DNA from: an uncultured virus (IMG/VR IMGVR_UViG_3300009008_000008)
Lineage: Duplodnaviria; Heunggongvirae; Uroviricota; Caudoviricetes
Virus record (IMG/VR): IMGVR_UViG_3300009008_000008
Location: 62,001 to 126,000 of that record
Length of the DNA stretch: 64,000 nt
Direction: 5' to 3' (one strand)
In this document: positions 1 through 9,866 of the stretch, piece after piece
Position numbering within the stretch: position 1 is the stretch's first letter
Layout of the letters: each line of letters begins with the position of its first letter
The notes under the pieces: generated by a model
The model's database searches: none
What the model saw: only the letters and a program-made list of their open reading frames with translations
Told to the model about the DNA's origin: nothing
Translations under genes and position numbers: made by a program

Positions 1-908
1 ATTGTCTGTCGGGCTTTAGCACACAAAATGTGCCATAAACGGTCAGGGGAGCTTTTATGTAATCTATGGTTTGTTAATCCTGCCGTGTGTAAAGACTTTA
101 CTTCTATAAGTATGTTACGGTCCGGGAGGAACAAATCGGGGTAGTACCTACGGTTCTTTCCGTCAAGTTGGTAATATACAACCGGCACTTCGCGGTCACT
201 AAATACTCGGATCCTTGAAGGATCCACCCCTTTTTTGTGGAGTAACCAATCCAATGCTAGGTCTTCATATCCTTGTACCTGAACGACCCGGGAACCTAAC
301 GTATAAGAATGATAAAATCTTGTGCTGGAACAAGCATTACATGCCAAGCCTCGTTTAGCCAACACGGAAGAAGGGCGGGCCGTAAATAAGGCACCGCAAG
401 AAAGGCATTTATGTTCTATTGGAACACTAATACCCTTATACACTCCTATAGGCTGTAGGGCTTTACCTAATTTCTCCAACCTCTCACCGTATCTCTCTGT
501 GGTATGTAGGCCATGTTTTGACGGGTTGCATGATCGACAACCAACACCACGTTTAACAGCCTCTGTGGTATACCAATCCTGGGTATTACAAAACTTACAT
601 TGATACAGGTTTTTGGCATTCTTCAACCGACGATAACCTTCCATAACATAAAAGGAAGAGTTACGGATTTCTGTCATATGGTTGCACATCGAATGGAAAT
701 TCTGCAACCTATCAGAGCAGGCAGGGCAGTTAAGGAACCCGTTTTTCGTGGTCCTGGGTTTAGTTATAAACCCATTACCGCAGATCTTACAATAATGGCT
801 ACAAGGTACGTGAACACCGGAATACCCGGAAAGGTACCCTACCAAAGTAGAATCCAAGGATTTAATATACTCTTGTTCTCTTACCTCGAGAGATTTAGAC
901 ATACCCAT
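1..908 (-). CDS. Putative homing endonuclease: Cys-rich zinc-ribbon repeats plus C-terminal PD-(D/E)XK nuclease; partial, runs off the left edge
   Basis: Not in the ORF track; translated by hand. ATG at 908 overlaps the ligase TAA (TAATG) and the frame is open to position 1. It reads MGMSKSLEV..., has several CxxC pairs, then VQGYEDLALDWL...RRYYPDLFLPDRNILIEVKS. Lower GC than neighbouring genes. Confidence 0.8.
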   Translation of the reverse strand, partial: MGMSKSLEVREQEYIKSLDSTLVGYLSGYSGVHVPCSHYCKICGNGFITKPRTTKNGFLNCPACSDRLQNFHSMCNHMTEIRNSSFYVMEGYRRLKNAKNLYQCKFCNTQDWYTTEAVKRGVGCRSCNPSKHGLHTTERYGERLEKLGKALQPIGVYKGISVPIEHKCLSCGALFTARPSSVLAKRGLACNACSSTRFYHSYTLGSRVVQVQGYEDLALDWLLHKKGVDPSRIRVFSDREVPVVYYQLDGKNRRYYPDLFLPDRNILIEVKSLHTAGLTNHRLHKSSPDRLWHILCAKARQT

Positions 909-1891
909 TACATCGGTTCCACTATGACAGTAGGTTTCAAAATACCATGCTTAGACACGTTCCATTCTACACTCACCACCCTACATTTCACTATCTGATC
1001 CTCCATCAACATCTTGAAGGCTACGCTGTACCGAGGGTTGCCAGATGTGGCGCGTTTGTATATTGAGTCCTGTGTGACCACCAGACCGTCTATGGCAAAC
1101 TTAGAGCTCTTCCGCCTCGCAATGAGTCTGTCAGAGAGTGTCTGGGCGTCCAGGACCTTATAGGCCTTGGCAGGAGCGACCGTGAATCCAAGCTGGTGTT
1201 TCAGGTAGTTGAGCTGTTCGGAGGGTTTCTTGCGTGGAACGATGAGTTCGTAGCACACCAAGGTGGCGTCTTTGAGGGCAGGGCTGACATCCGGGCGGTT
1301 GACCAACCCACCCATGAAATTCCGTGGGTTTGCGAAGTCCTTGGCGTACTTCTTGAACGCCGTCTCGGACATGATGATCTCGGCCCGTACCGCGAAGGTG
1401 TCCTGTGTCTTGGGAAGCCCAAGAATTGGCACCATGGACGTTACATCCTGTCCGACCTTACCGTTACCTCGGGTAAACAGTTGGTACCGGCCCTTGGTAC
1501 AGATGATAAGCATTGAGATGCCGTCCATCTTGTCCGACACCACGTAGGGCCCTGGGTTGGCGTCAAACCAACGGTCAAGGTCTGGAGTGTTGGGTTTGAT
1601 CTTGTCGAGGGAACCCATCCAATAGGGCAGTTTTTGTTTCTTACCCTGATCGACAGGAGCGCCTACTTTTTGGAGCAAAGGGCTGTCAGGGAACCTCTGG
1701 CGGAACGTATCCTCAATCGCGTCAAACTCGGCGTCTGACAAGAAAGGGCTTCCCTTGTAGTACGTGTTCTTGGCCCGGCGGTATAACTGACGTAGCAGCC
1801 GAGCGGACAACTTTGAGGCATAACCTCCAGGGTCTGCCTTTAGGGCTGTCAAATCGAACTCATACGCTGCCACTTCCCTCAACCTTTTCAT
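908..1891 (-). CDS. ligA: NAD+-dependent DNA ligase, N-terminal part (domain Ia, adenylation domain, start of OB fold); truncated or split
   Basis: YYKGSPFLSDAEFD (Ia), SDKMDG (motif I), TRGNG, ANPRN, IDGLVV, VAFK, VEWNVSKHGILKP. Stops at VEPM*, at the start of the OB domain. Confidence 0.9.
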   Translation of the reverse strand: MKRLREVAAYEFDLTALKADPGGYASKLSARLLRQLYRRAKNTYYKGSPFLSDAEFDAIEDTFRQRFPDSPLLQKVGAPVDQGKKQKLPYWMGSLDKIKPNTPDLDRWFDANPGPYVVSDKMDGISMLIICTKGRYQLFTRGNGKVGQDVTSMVPILGLPKTQDTFAVRAEIIMSETAFKKYAKDFANPRNFMGGLVNRPDVSPALKDATLVCYELIVPRKKPSEQLNYLKHQLGFTVAPAKAYKVLDAQTLSDRLIARRKSSKFAIDGLVVTQDSIYKRATSGNPRYSVAFKMLMEDQIVKCRVVSVEWNVSKHGILKPTVIVEPM

Positions 1892-2205
1892 CCGTCCAGT
1901 ACCTGCTCTGTGGATGACTCATCATAATCTTCGTCCGCGTCACCAGCCTGACTTACCTCCATCTCCATGTCTTCCAACAAGGAACTTGCTTGGCTGAGCA
2001 GAGCATGGAGTTTCTTACTGTCACCAAGGAAACCAGGATCCAGACGCTTGAGTTCCTTGGACAGAGGAGACCCTGGAGTTTTGGTCATCGTCAAGGCATC
2101 TTCGACCATCGTGTATAATTTGTCGATGATTTTCAGGGCAGGGTCTGCGGTACCTGCCTGTTGGCATTGTCTGAGGCGTGCCACCGCTTGTCGTGTCGTG
2201 GTCAT
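1888..2205 (-). CDS. Hypothetical protein, possible internal head protein
   Basis: Start reassigned to MTTTRQAVARLR (AAGGAAG upstream); acidic C-terminus; stop overlaps the ligase start. Confidence 0.6.
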   Translation of the reverse strand: MTTTRQAVARLRQCQQAGTADPALKIIDKLYTMVEDALTMTKTPGSPLSKELKRLDPGFLGDSKKLHALLSQASSLLEDMEMEVSQAGDADEDYDESSTEQVLDG

Positions 2206-2221
2206 TTCGTCTTCCTTTGGG

Positions 2222-2656
2222 TTACAGGGATTTGTAAACCAAGTCATCCAATTCACGGATAACCTGGTGGGTAGAAGAGCGTAAACACCGCAGGGTATCT
2301 TGTGGTGTACCCTGCTTATAAAGCAAGTTGGCTAGGCCCCGGGCTTTGCTTCTCTTTTCTAACCAACGTTGGCACAATTCTTGGGCAGTAGTAAGGGCCT
2401 TTAAAGCATGAAGAATATATAACCGCCCTGCGAGTTCCTGGACATCGTAGTAATCCAGGCTAGATACCCCATCAAACAAGGTAAGAACCTGAAGAACATC
2501 TTGTGGGTATTGTTGGTCAGACTGGGCTACAAAATCATCAAGATCAAAGTCTGAGCCAGACCCAGACCGAGTGGGCTCCAAGGCGTCAAAACTTGCGTTA
2601 ACCGAGGAGCGGCCCATTCTTTTCAGGCGAGTTAAGGCTTGTTTGTGGGTGCTCAT
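2222..2656 (-). CDS. Hypothetical protein, possible internal head protein
   Basis: Tightly coupled operon ORF; N-terminal QALTRL motif shared with neighbours. Confidence 0.6.
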   Translation of the reverse strand: MSTHKQALTRLKRMGRSSVNASFDALEPTRSGSGSDFDLDDFVAQSDQQYPQDVLQVLTLFDGVSSLDYYDVQELAGRLYILHALKALTTAQELCQRWLEKRSKARGLANLLYKQGTPQDTLRCLRSSTHQVIRELDDLVYKSL

Positions 2657-3027
2657 TCCATTTCCCCTTCAGCCTCAGGCTCTTCTCCGTGGGTTTGTTG
2701 GAGACGCAGGAACAGGTCGATCCCGAAAGTATCGAGGTCCGACGTCAACTTAGTGACCTGCCGAGCTGCAACAGATGCCCGTTTCTTGAATGCGATGAGT
2801 GCCTGTATCACCTCATCACTATACTCAAGTTCGCGGGCCACATCCAGGATCGTCCACAATACCTGGTCGGAGATCACCCCTTGTAGAGGTTCCAGTTGGT
2901 CTACGATTTTCTTTTCTTGGGGTCCCAGACCACCCAGCTTCTTCCGGTCGAAGCCTGCCAAAACAGGCTCCCTACCGGTAAAGCGAAGGCGTCCGAGAGC
3001 CTGTTGGTGTGCAAGCTCACGTTTCAT
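2653..3027 (-). CDS. Hypothetical protein, possible internal head protein
   Basis: Overlapping start/stop coupling; N-terminal QALGRL motif. Confidence 0.6.
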   Translation of the reverse strand: MKRELAHQQALGRLRFTGREPVLAGFDRKKLGGLGPQEKKIVDQLEPLQGVISDQVLWTILDVARELEYSDEVIQALIAFKKRASVAARQVTKLTSDLDTFGIDLFLRLQQTHGEEPEAEGEME

Positions 3028-3947
3028 CAGACGACTCCATGGGTACGCATCAGTTGTTCGAGGTTGCTGTAGTAGCTGGGATCCTGTTGGTATAGGTCGG
3101 CGTAGTACTGCTTGAGGTCGGTCTCCGTCAAGTCCTCTGGGTCTTCGACCGTGATGGGCTTGATTTCGTCCGCAACCTCTTGTTTCTTGGCCCAGGCTTT
3201 CAACTTCTCCTCGGGGATGTAGGTAGGTCGTGCCTTGGCCGTCACCTGCATTTTGGGTTCGCTGTCACCCAAGGAAGCCACCTCCACGATCAGGTCAGGG
3301 TGCGTGGCCACAGCCTCTTCGTCCCGCACCGCAATCAGCACGTCGCCGGAGTCCGTGCAGGAGGTTAGGACGTAACCGAACTTGACAATGCCCTCGGCTG
3401 GATCGACAAACCCAACGTAGGACCTCTCAGGGCTGGCAATACGTGCGATCTCCTGAATCTGTGGAACACCTACCCGACGGGTGCGGGCATGGGCCAGCAA
3501 CTCAGACAGGTCTTCGTCTTGGTCACGGCACAGGAACTTCTGACCACCGCTTGTCTTGACGTTCCACAAGCTTTGGTCTTTGGCATCCATCAGGATATTG
3601 GATGCCATCACCCGCATGTCCTTGACACGCTCATCGGTGTAGGGTTCAACCACACGGTTGGGAACAACGAAACCCGAAAGGATTGGCCGGTTACCTCGGA
3701 TGTTTACCAACTGGCGGAAAGAGTCAGGTACGATCACGGCCTTACCGTCAAAGGCGTTGTTGATAGCCGCCTGGATGGCTTTCCGGTCAGAGGTAGGGGA
3801 CGACAGGCCAACGATAACTTGGCCCACTTGACCCTCCGCCAACACATTGAATTCATGGACGGTTGCAAGCAGACGGCGGCTGTTACGCTTCTGCAATTTC
3901 TTGGCAACCCGCGCGGGGTCAAAGTAACGACTACGATTGGCGTTCAT
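3027..3947 (-). CDS. Hypothetical protein, probable virion/head protein
   Basis: 306 aa; AGGAGAG RBS; TGTAAATA motif just upstream. Confidence 0.6.
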   Translation of the reverse strand: MNANRSRYFDPARVAKKLQKRNSRRLLATVHEFNVLAEGQVGQVIVGLSSPTSDRKAIQAAINNAFDGKAVIVPDSFRQLVNIRGNRPILSGFVVPNRVVEPYTDERVKDMRVMASNILMDAKDQSLWNVKTSGGQKFLCRDQDEDLSELLAHARTRRVGVPQIQEIARIASPERSYVGFVDPAEGIVKFGYVLTSCTDSGDVLIAVRDEEAVATHPDLIVEVASLGDSEPKMQVTAKARPTYIPEEKLKAWAKKQEVADEIKPITVEDPEDLTETDLKQYYADLYQQDPSYYSNLEQLMRTHGVV

Positions 3948-3978
3948 TTACGCTCTCCTACTGGGGTGTTATGCCTTG

Positions 3979-3986
3979 TATTTACA
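3979..3986 (-). promoter_or_regulatory. TGTAAATA putative phage-specific promoter
   Basis: One of nine exact intergenic copies, each oriented towards a downstream gene. Confidence 0.65.
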
Positions 3987-3994
3987 AGACGGGT

Positions 3995-4474
3995 TCATTG
4001 GTCAGGCAGAGCCTGGACTTCCTTGATGACACCGGCCACCATCTTTTCCTGAGCCATCATGACACTCGCCCACATTTTTTCCAGTTTGCGGAACTTGGCG
4101 TTCATCACGTGACCCTTTTTGATTAACGGATTGATCACGGCTTTAAAGGGCTTGAGACGCCACTGCTCTGCCAACCACTGCTGTACTTTCTTGGCATCAA
4201 GGGATCTAGACACAGATACCACGATAAACGCCTTCCCGGGCTTGGCTCCGGAGTACGGAGCGGCACCACTACCATCCAGCTTTAACTCGAGGGCTTCTTC
4301 CATTTCATCGGTATCAATCACCAGGTAATGCCCGTCAACGTCATACGTTTCACCGTCAACGATCTCCATCAACAGGTCGATACGTCGTAACATACCACGA
4401 AACTTGCGGACCAGCTCTTTGAAATGCTGGTTTTCTTCTGGGCCGAGGTCGGCCAACACACGTAGTTTCCTCAT
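3995..4474 (-). CDS. Hypothetical protein
   Basis: Start reassigned to MRKLRVLA, an ATGA overlap with the upstream stop. Confidence 0.65.
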   Translation of the reverse strand: MRKLRVLADLGPEENQHFKELVRKFRGMLRRIDLLMEIVDGETYDVDGHYLVIDTDEMEEALELKLDGSGAAPYSGAKPGKAFIVVSVSRSLDAKKVQQWLAEQWRLKPFKAVINPLIKKGHVMNAKFRKLEKMWASVMMAQEKMVAGVIKEVQALPDQ

Positions 4475-5619
4475 CGCCCTACTGCCCTCCCGGCTTGACT
4501 GACCAGACTCATCTGGACACCGCATACTCCAACCCGGCTGGCGTTGGCGCCTGCGTTCTCAGACCCATCCCCTCCGATAATGCCCTTCTTACGAGCCTGC
4601 CGTTTAAAACGCTCTGCATTCTCTTGGAGGTAGGACTCAGCGTTTGATAGTTGACTTTCAAGGTACCCTGTAACATCGGTGGACAGACTGATGGCTTGCC
4701 CTCCAAAGTCAAAGCTTTTCTCGCCTTCAGCCAGGTACTGACTACGGAGGGCCACTGCCTTGGCGGCTGTGATCCAGAAATGAGCAATAGGTCCTTTGGC
4801 CCGTGTCATGGAAAAGGTAGTGACCTGATCCAGAGTGTTAAAATAATCAGCCCCGCTCTTAAGGAACGACATCATGTCAACCATCGTATACTGGGCTTCT
4901 TCCAGGCCAGTATCCGTGTGGAGCCTGTTAATCCAATCACCGAGTTCCTTCTGAGCCTGCAAAATAGATGGAGTGGTCACAAATAGACGGCCAAGTTCCT
5001 GTTGGGGAACTCGATCGACTCTGTAGTTCCATATAACTGAGTATGGAACGAGGGAAGGGACCAACTTATTGGTCACTAGGTCAACGGCATCAACAAAGCG
5101 GTACTTGCCATTATCCCCGGCAGAGGAACGGATTACCTGCTTGGAGTAAAGGGAGACGTTATCTTCGTTGAACACCGTGACAGAAGCGGTTGGAATACGA
5201 CCACCAATAGGAAGGATACAAATCAGCTCAGCAGATCCCATGCCATATATCTCCACGGCATCCATAGGACCAAAGGGATCAGTAACAGGTGGATAAACCA
5301 GGAAAGACTCAAAATAATGTAGGTCTTCTTCACCGTCAAAGTCAAAAATCCACTTAACTTGGTATTCGGTACCATAGTCGTCGGCTTCGAGGTTATCAGG
5401 TAAAGAGAAGTAAGCGGTCGCAGTGGTACGTCGGGTCATGACCTCCACGTGTGGGGCAAACCCGCGGGCATACTCAACACCGTCTGGGTCTTGGAGGATC
5501 CAAGTCACTACGACGTGTTCTACCTCTTCCAACGGTTCTGGAATCTGGACGACAGCCCGCGCGGTTACTTGATGTCCTACCACCGCTTTGAGAATAGCCT
5601 CGATGGTATCGTGACTCAC
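4471..5619 (-). CDS. Putative head-tail adaptor/neck protein
   Basis: 382 aa; beta-rich N-terminus; C-terminal YLAEGEKSFDFGGQAISLS resembles jumbo-phage adaptor proteins. Function inferred. Confidence 0.4.
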   Translation of the reverse strand: MSHDTIEAILKAVVGHQVTARAVVQIPEPLEEVEHVVVTWILQDPDGVEYARGFAPHVEVMTRRTTATAYFSLPDNLEADDYGTEYQVKWIFDFDGEEDLHYFESFLVYPPVTDPFGPMDAVEIYGMGSAELICILPIGGRIPTASVTVFNEDNVSLYSKQVIRSSAGDNGKYRFVDAVDLVTNKLVPSLVPYSVIWNYRVDRVPQQELGRLFVTTPSILQAQKELGDWINRLHTDTGLEEAQYTMVDMMSFLKSGADYFNTLDQVTTFSMTRAKGPIAHFWITAAKAVALRSQYLAEGEKSFDFGGQAISLSTDVTGYLESQLSNAESYLQENAERFKRQARKKGIIGGDGSENAGANASRVGVCGVQMSLVSQAGRAVGR

Positions 5620-7184
5620 AATTCGGCTCCTTCAAAAGCACGTTGCATACTGCTAACCGAACTCATCATACGCAACAAGGGTTGTGGTGTGCGAACACCA
5701 ATCGACCGGAAATGCTGAATCATGATCGATGGGTCAATGTAGTTTTGTATGGCCGTGTCTGGAGTGAGCTTATCCCCACTGTAATGGCCCAACGCCTTTG
5801 CTACCTTCATCAGCAACAAACGAAATTCTTGTAGGGCCTCCTTTTGGGAAGGCGGGACCCCTTGTCTATGGTACCTGCTACCCTTCAATACCTGTTCCGC
5901 CAAAAGAGTACCGCGGAGGGTGCGTAACTTGTGGATGGTAACAGGACTTCCGATCCCTTTGAAATAAGCGTTCACCACGGTAGCAGAGACATGGGCTCCT
6001 GATGGTCCGCGAAACACCAAGTCATCTGGTTCCAGACCTTCTGTCAGGATCTTGAGCAAAGCCATTACCTTGCGGCTCCATTTGGTGTCCGGAATAATAG
6101 CATGCTTATGAGAAATACCGTCCTTGCCCTTATAATGCAGTACCGCAGTGTTTCCCTTAAGCTGGATATGTTTGGCCCTCAGCGTGGACAAACCATAGGT
6201 ACTCTGTCCTTTGGTCGAAGAACCAGGGGTCCCTATACGACCCTGTGTAAGGTAAGCAATTTCCACCAGCAAAGCCGGAATCTGCTTCTTGGAGCCATCC
6301 GACATCAGGTCACGGCGCCATTTCTTGAGAAGGGCTTCGATACCTTTGACCAGCTTAGCCACCTTGGCAAACTTTTCCTTGGTACGGGCCTTGTGGTACT
6401 TTTCGGTATAGTAATACTTGAACTTGGTCCCTTTTGGAGGCTGACCTTTAAACACCCAAGTGTCATCAGATTTGGGGTCATACTTAGGGTTCATTTCGAT
6501 CGTACCAGCAGGAACCCCATTAATCTTTTGTCGTGCCTTGGTATACAGGCCACCGTCTTCCCCAACAAATCCGGTAAACCCCTCTGGTATCTTGACCGCC
6601 ACCCCTTCTTGGGACGCAGCGGTCCTTACATCAGAGGCATCCAAGATTGGTTTACCGCTACTCCGAATGTGGTTAAGTAACCACTCTTTTGGTGTGCTCG
6701 GTGGGTCCTCATGGACAAAAAGCTTATTGATATGGGGGTCTTTCAATACACCTATGTTCTTATGAAACCGCTTGTAGGCGGCAGGGCTAGGCTTGGCAGA
6801 CAGGACGGAAAAGTCTTTCAGGAGAGCAAAATATTCCTCTGGAATTGAGTCCTCAGTGGCTCCGTATATATTAGGAAATTTGACCTTCAGGATGGAACCC
6901 AAAGCGAGTAGGGCCTTGCTTTCATCCGAGGCGGTGCCACCCTGCTCTAGCTTATCTACAACCTTGCGTAGAGGCGGGACTTTGATACCGAATTGGGTGA
7001 GGAAGTCCTCAGCTTGGGCAAAGAGCTGGTTCAAACGTACCCTTTGCTGGACCTGTAAGGGCCTTCCAGACTTGACAGAATAGATGATATATGCAAGGGT
7101 GCGAAAGAAGGAAAGGACGGCTTCAGGGGTTAAATCCACCTGTAACGCGATCTCTACATTGGCAAGAACCCGCAACTCTTTCAT
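5616..7184 (-). CDS. DNA topoisomerase IB with N-terminal extension
   Basis: Catalytic residues in order: GRIGT (R), YGLSTLRAKHI, YKGKDG (K), HKLRT (R), ALGH (H), NYIDP (Y). Confidence 0.9.
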   Translation of the reverse strand: MKELRVLANVEIALQVDLTPEAVLSFFRTLAYIIYSVKSGRPLQVQQRVRLNQLFAQAEDFLTQFGIKVPPLRKVVDKLEQGGTASDESKALLALGSILKVKFPNIYGATEDSIPEEYFALLKDFSVLSAKPSPAAYKRFHKNIGVLKDPHINKLFVHEDPPSTPKEWLLNHIRSSGKPILDASDVRTAASQEGVAVKIPEGFTGFVGEDGGLYTKARQKINGVPAGTIEMNPKYDPKSDDTWVFKGQPPKGTKFKYYYTEKYHKARTKEKFAKVAKLVKGIEALLKKWRRDLMSDGSKKQIPALLVEIAYLTQGRIGTPGSSTKGQSTYGLSTLRAKHIQLKGNTAVLHYKGKDGISHKHAIIPDTKWSRKVMALLKILTEGLEPDDLVFRGPSGAHVSATVVNAYFKGIGSPVTIHKLRTLRGTLLAEQVLKGSRYHRQGVPPSQKEALQEFRLLLMKVAKALGHYSGDKLTPDTAIQNYIDPSIMIQHFRSIGVRTPQPLLRMMSSVSSMQRAFEGAEL

Positions 7185-7951
7185 GGCATGTGCTCCAACA
7201 TTTGTACCTTGGATGAAACGAGGAGGTTCTCTTCAGCCAACAAGGAAGGGAGGAGGGAGAGACCTTCACGGAGGGAAGTAAATTGCTTGGCACCGGAATG
7301 GGTGCTCAGTGGTGTAAATGATGGGGACAGTGAAAGGGAAAATTGAAAACCAGATTTTGTTTGTGTGCCAGATACGATGACATGGAAGGAGTCGTAGGTA
7401 AAACCTTCTGGGTCCGTTACTCCTGCCAACTCAAGTACCGAAGTGAAAAGAGGGGAATCATTTTCAGCAGACACGTGACTATGTATACGGTGATGGTCAA
7501 ACCTGCCTGAAAGAAGGCGCCGACTCCGTTTATGGATGCCTTTTGCCACTGCTCTTACTTTCGTAGGCATTACCTTCAACGTAGCTTTTTCTGTGCAGGC
7601 CCTTATAGTAAGGAGTTCAGCACGGACCAAAGCTTGGAGTTCCTCGATCTCCCCGAAGACCTTGCCTAGCTTGTTTTCGTTATGGAACTGGTATGTTAAC
7701 TGTGCCTTTAGGGCACCCAAGGTATCCAATTTGGTTCCATAGACTTGCAAGGCTTCAAGATGCCGGTCCAACGTCAACAGGGAGGGCCCTACCTCATCCT
7801 CTTGTAGTTGGTCGAAAGCAGCAGAGAGTTTGTTTACCCGGGAACGCACACCACGTAAGTAACGAGAAACGTCGGGCAGACTGCGAAACTTGGGTTCCCC
7901 ATTTCGACTTAGGATGCGTATTTCCTTCAGCAATTTCTGTTGGACACTCAA
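7181..7951 (-). CDS. Hypothetical protein (coiled-coil N-terminus)
   Basis: 256-aa ORF coupled to the topoisomerase IB start. Confidence 0.6.
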   Translation of the reverse strand: MSVQQKLLKEIRILSRNGEPKFRSLPDVSRYLRGVRSRVNKLSAAFDQLQEDEVGPSLLTLDRHLEALQVYGTKLDTLGALKAQLTYQFHNENKLGKVFGEIEELQALVRAELLTIRACTEKATLKVMPTKVRAVAKGIHKRSRRLLSGRFDHHRIHSHVSAENDSPLFTSVLELAGVTDPEGFTYDSFHVIVSGTQTKSGFQFSLSLSPSFTPLSTHSGAKQFTSLREGLSLLPSLLAEENLLVSSKVQMLEHMP

Positions 7952-7954
7952 CGG

Positions 7955-9124
7955 TCAAATCCTCTCAATAGGGTTACCAGCTTTCATCGCTTTGTTACCT
8001 CCGTGTGGTAACATGGTGCCCAACTCAAATTCTTTTAATGGAAAGGCGTTACACTCGTGCCCGTAAACATGACCGCGGGCATCCATCAATGGGTCAGAAT
8101 CTGTGGTACGCCAATATCGGCTATATACGTGGTCAAACAACATGGACAGCTTGGGTACCTCAGCCACCAGGGAGGGTAAAACAATAGTGCCCGTTGCAAG
8201 TCCTTCCAACAGGATGATGTCCTGCAGGTCCTGAATCTTGGAGAAGTCCGCCAGTAACATTTCACTGGACAGACGGAATTGCAGTTCAATGTGAGTAATC
8301 TTGGCACCACGGACAGGAAACTCCAGCTTCAGGAGGCTTTTCACACCTGTGGCAAAGGCCAGGATAGACTCTGGGGAACATCCACCCTCACCGCCCAACA
8401 ATACGTTGTTGACAGACAGGGGTAAAAACACCTGTTGCTGGTTATCAAAGATGCGGATAGATTCGACCGCTACCGCGTTCTTGGGTACCATTATATTAAA
8501 CAGTACAAACGCGCCTTCTCGTTCCGCCATCAGCTTATTGGGTGCCGAGGTATGGTCAATGGAAACGCCCTCTGCATCTTTAAAATTAGAGGGCGTGAGC
8601 ACTGTGCGAGAACCTCGAAAAACGTTGTACCCGCCAATATAAGAGGTACCAAAGCAAACGGGACACGAGGTCCCAGAAAAGCCAAATGGGTTGGTGGATG
8701 GTGTGGACATGGACTCATCTATTTCCCCGAGATCCACGATTTCTTCGTCGGCTGTCAATGAATCAGGTGTACGCTTGTTCTCTCCGGTACGCATACGAAT
8801 GTTGGTTGTGTTGGTCAATGTCGACCGGTCAGCATGAGCACTGTCGGCAGGCGTCATCGTAACAGGGGATCCGCTCAACAAGGTGTCCATCACTTCTGGT
8901 TTCATGGATCCATCAGAAGCCAAGGTATCGTTATAAGTGCAGGTACAACGATAACCATTGGTGAGAGGTAGGTACAAGGTTACAGGGTGCGGGTTCACCA
9001 AAAACGCATTGTTGAACTCATGCTGGGCTACTTCAGAGGTACGCTCCAACACACGATCTGCCACCTCTTTCACCCTGTGATTCTTGGGCTTTCTCTGGCG
9101 CCCTCTTTGACGAACAACTGGCAT
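7955..9124 (-). CDS. Putative neck/head-completion protein with Zn-binding motif
   Basis: RCTC...CPVCFGTSYIGGY, a motif seen in large-myophage neck proteins; start likely MPVVRQ. Confidence 0.45.
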   Translation of the reverse strand: MPVVRQRGRQRKPKNHRVKEVADRVLERTSEVAQHEFNNAFLVNPHPVTLYLPLTNGYRCTCTYNDTLASDGSMKPEVMDTLLSGSPVTMTPADSAHADRSTLTNTTNIRMRTGENKRTPDSLTADEEIVDLGEIDESMSTPSTNPFGFSGTSCPVCFGTSYIGGYNVFRGSRTVLTPSNFKDAEGVSIDHTSAPNKLMAEREGAFVLFNIMVPKNAVAVESIRIFDNQQQVFLPLSVNNVLLGGEGGCSPESILAFATGVKSLLKLEFPVRGAKITHIELQFRLSSEMLLADFSKIQDLQDIILLEGLATGTIVLPSLVAEVPKLSMLFDHVYSRYWRTTDSDPLMDARGHVYGHECNAFPLKEFELGTMLPHGGNKAMKAGNPIERI

Positions 9125-9215
9125 GAAAATCCCTCGTATAATCCAGAAAAAGTGCTGGTATCGGCCCAAACGCCCTTAGTTCCCTGTAAATTAAGAGAGT
9201 ACAAGGCGTACCTAA

Positions 9216-9866
9216 ATGAAATTATTGACAGACGGGACAGATATAGTGGAAAAAGGAAGGATAAGGGTCATAGGGCATGACCCAGGATCACGTAATTATG
9301 CCTACTCAGTGGTGGATGCTCGTGTGTGGGGGCACCTATTCCAGTACAAGGTACGCAAGTGTGGCATCATAGAAAAGGCAATACCTGCCCTTAAAGATGA
9401 CCTCAAGGAGGGTACCGTTCAATTTATTAAAGAGGTAGATGGTATAATAGGAGACTTTAAACCTGTCAACTATTTCATCGCAGAGCGGTTCGTGAGTAGG
9501 GGGCTGCGTGGAGATATTGGGGAACGTGCCAATATCATGCTAGGCATCGCGCTAGCACTCACCACCAGAAAAAAGGTAGGTGTGGTGGAGACCCCCATGA
9601 TTACCGCCTCCACCTGGAAGAACAGGACGAAAAAGATTTTGGACCTAAAAGAGTTATACAAGCAATGTCGGGTGCCACCACATGAGGTAGACGCTACGTT
9701 AATTGCCTTGTTTATAGCGTGCCAGCATTTTAAAATTAAACCCTATTCCTTCTTCAAGTCGGTAAAACATGTCCGAAAGTTTGTAGACAGGGTGGAGTCG
9801 GCTACAACCAGCAAACACCGCAACATACGACCAAAAAAATCTTTTGACCAATGTTTTGTCCATTAA
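9216..9866 (+). CDS. RuvC-like Holliday junction resolvase
   Basis: VIGHDPGSRNYAYSVV, FIAERF, ASTWK, HEVDA: RNase H-fold acidic residues. Confidence 0.8.
   Translation: MKLLTDGTDIVEKGRIRVIGHDPGSRNYAYSVVDARVWGHLFQYKVRKCGIIEKAIPALKDDLKEGTVQFIKEVDGIIGDFKPVNYFIAERFVSRGLRGDIGERANIMLGIALALTTRKKVGVVETPMITASTWKNRTKKILDLKELYKQCRVPPHEVDATLIALFIACQHFKIKPYSFFKSVKHVRKFVDRVESATTSKHRNIRPKKSFDQCFVH

Noticed and set aside
895..925. Group I intron P1 at the ligase break
   Set aside because: No convincing U-G-containing P1 nearby; cannot be excluded because the 3' part is outside the window.
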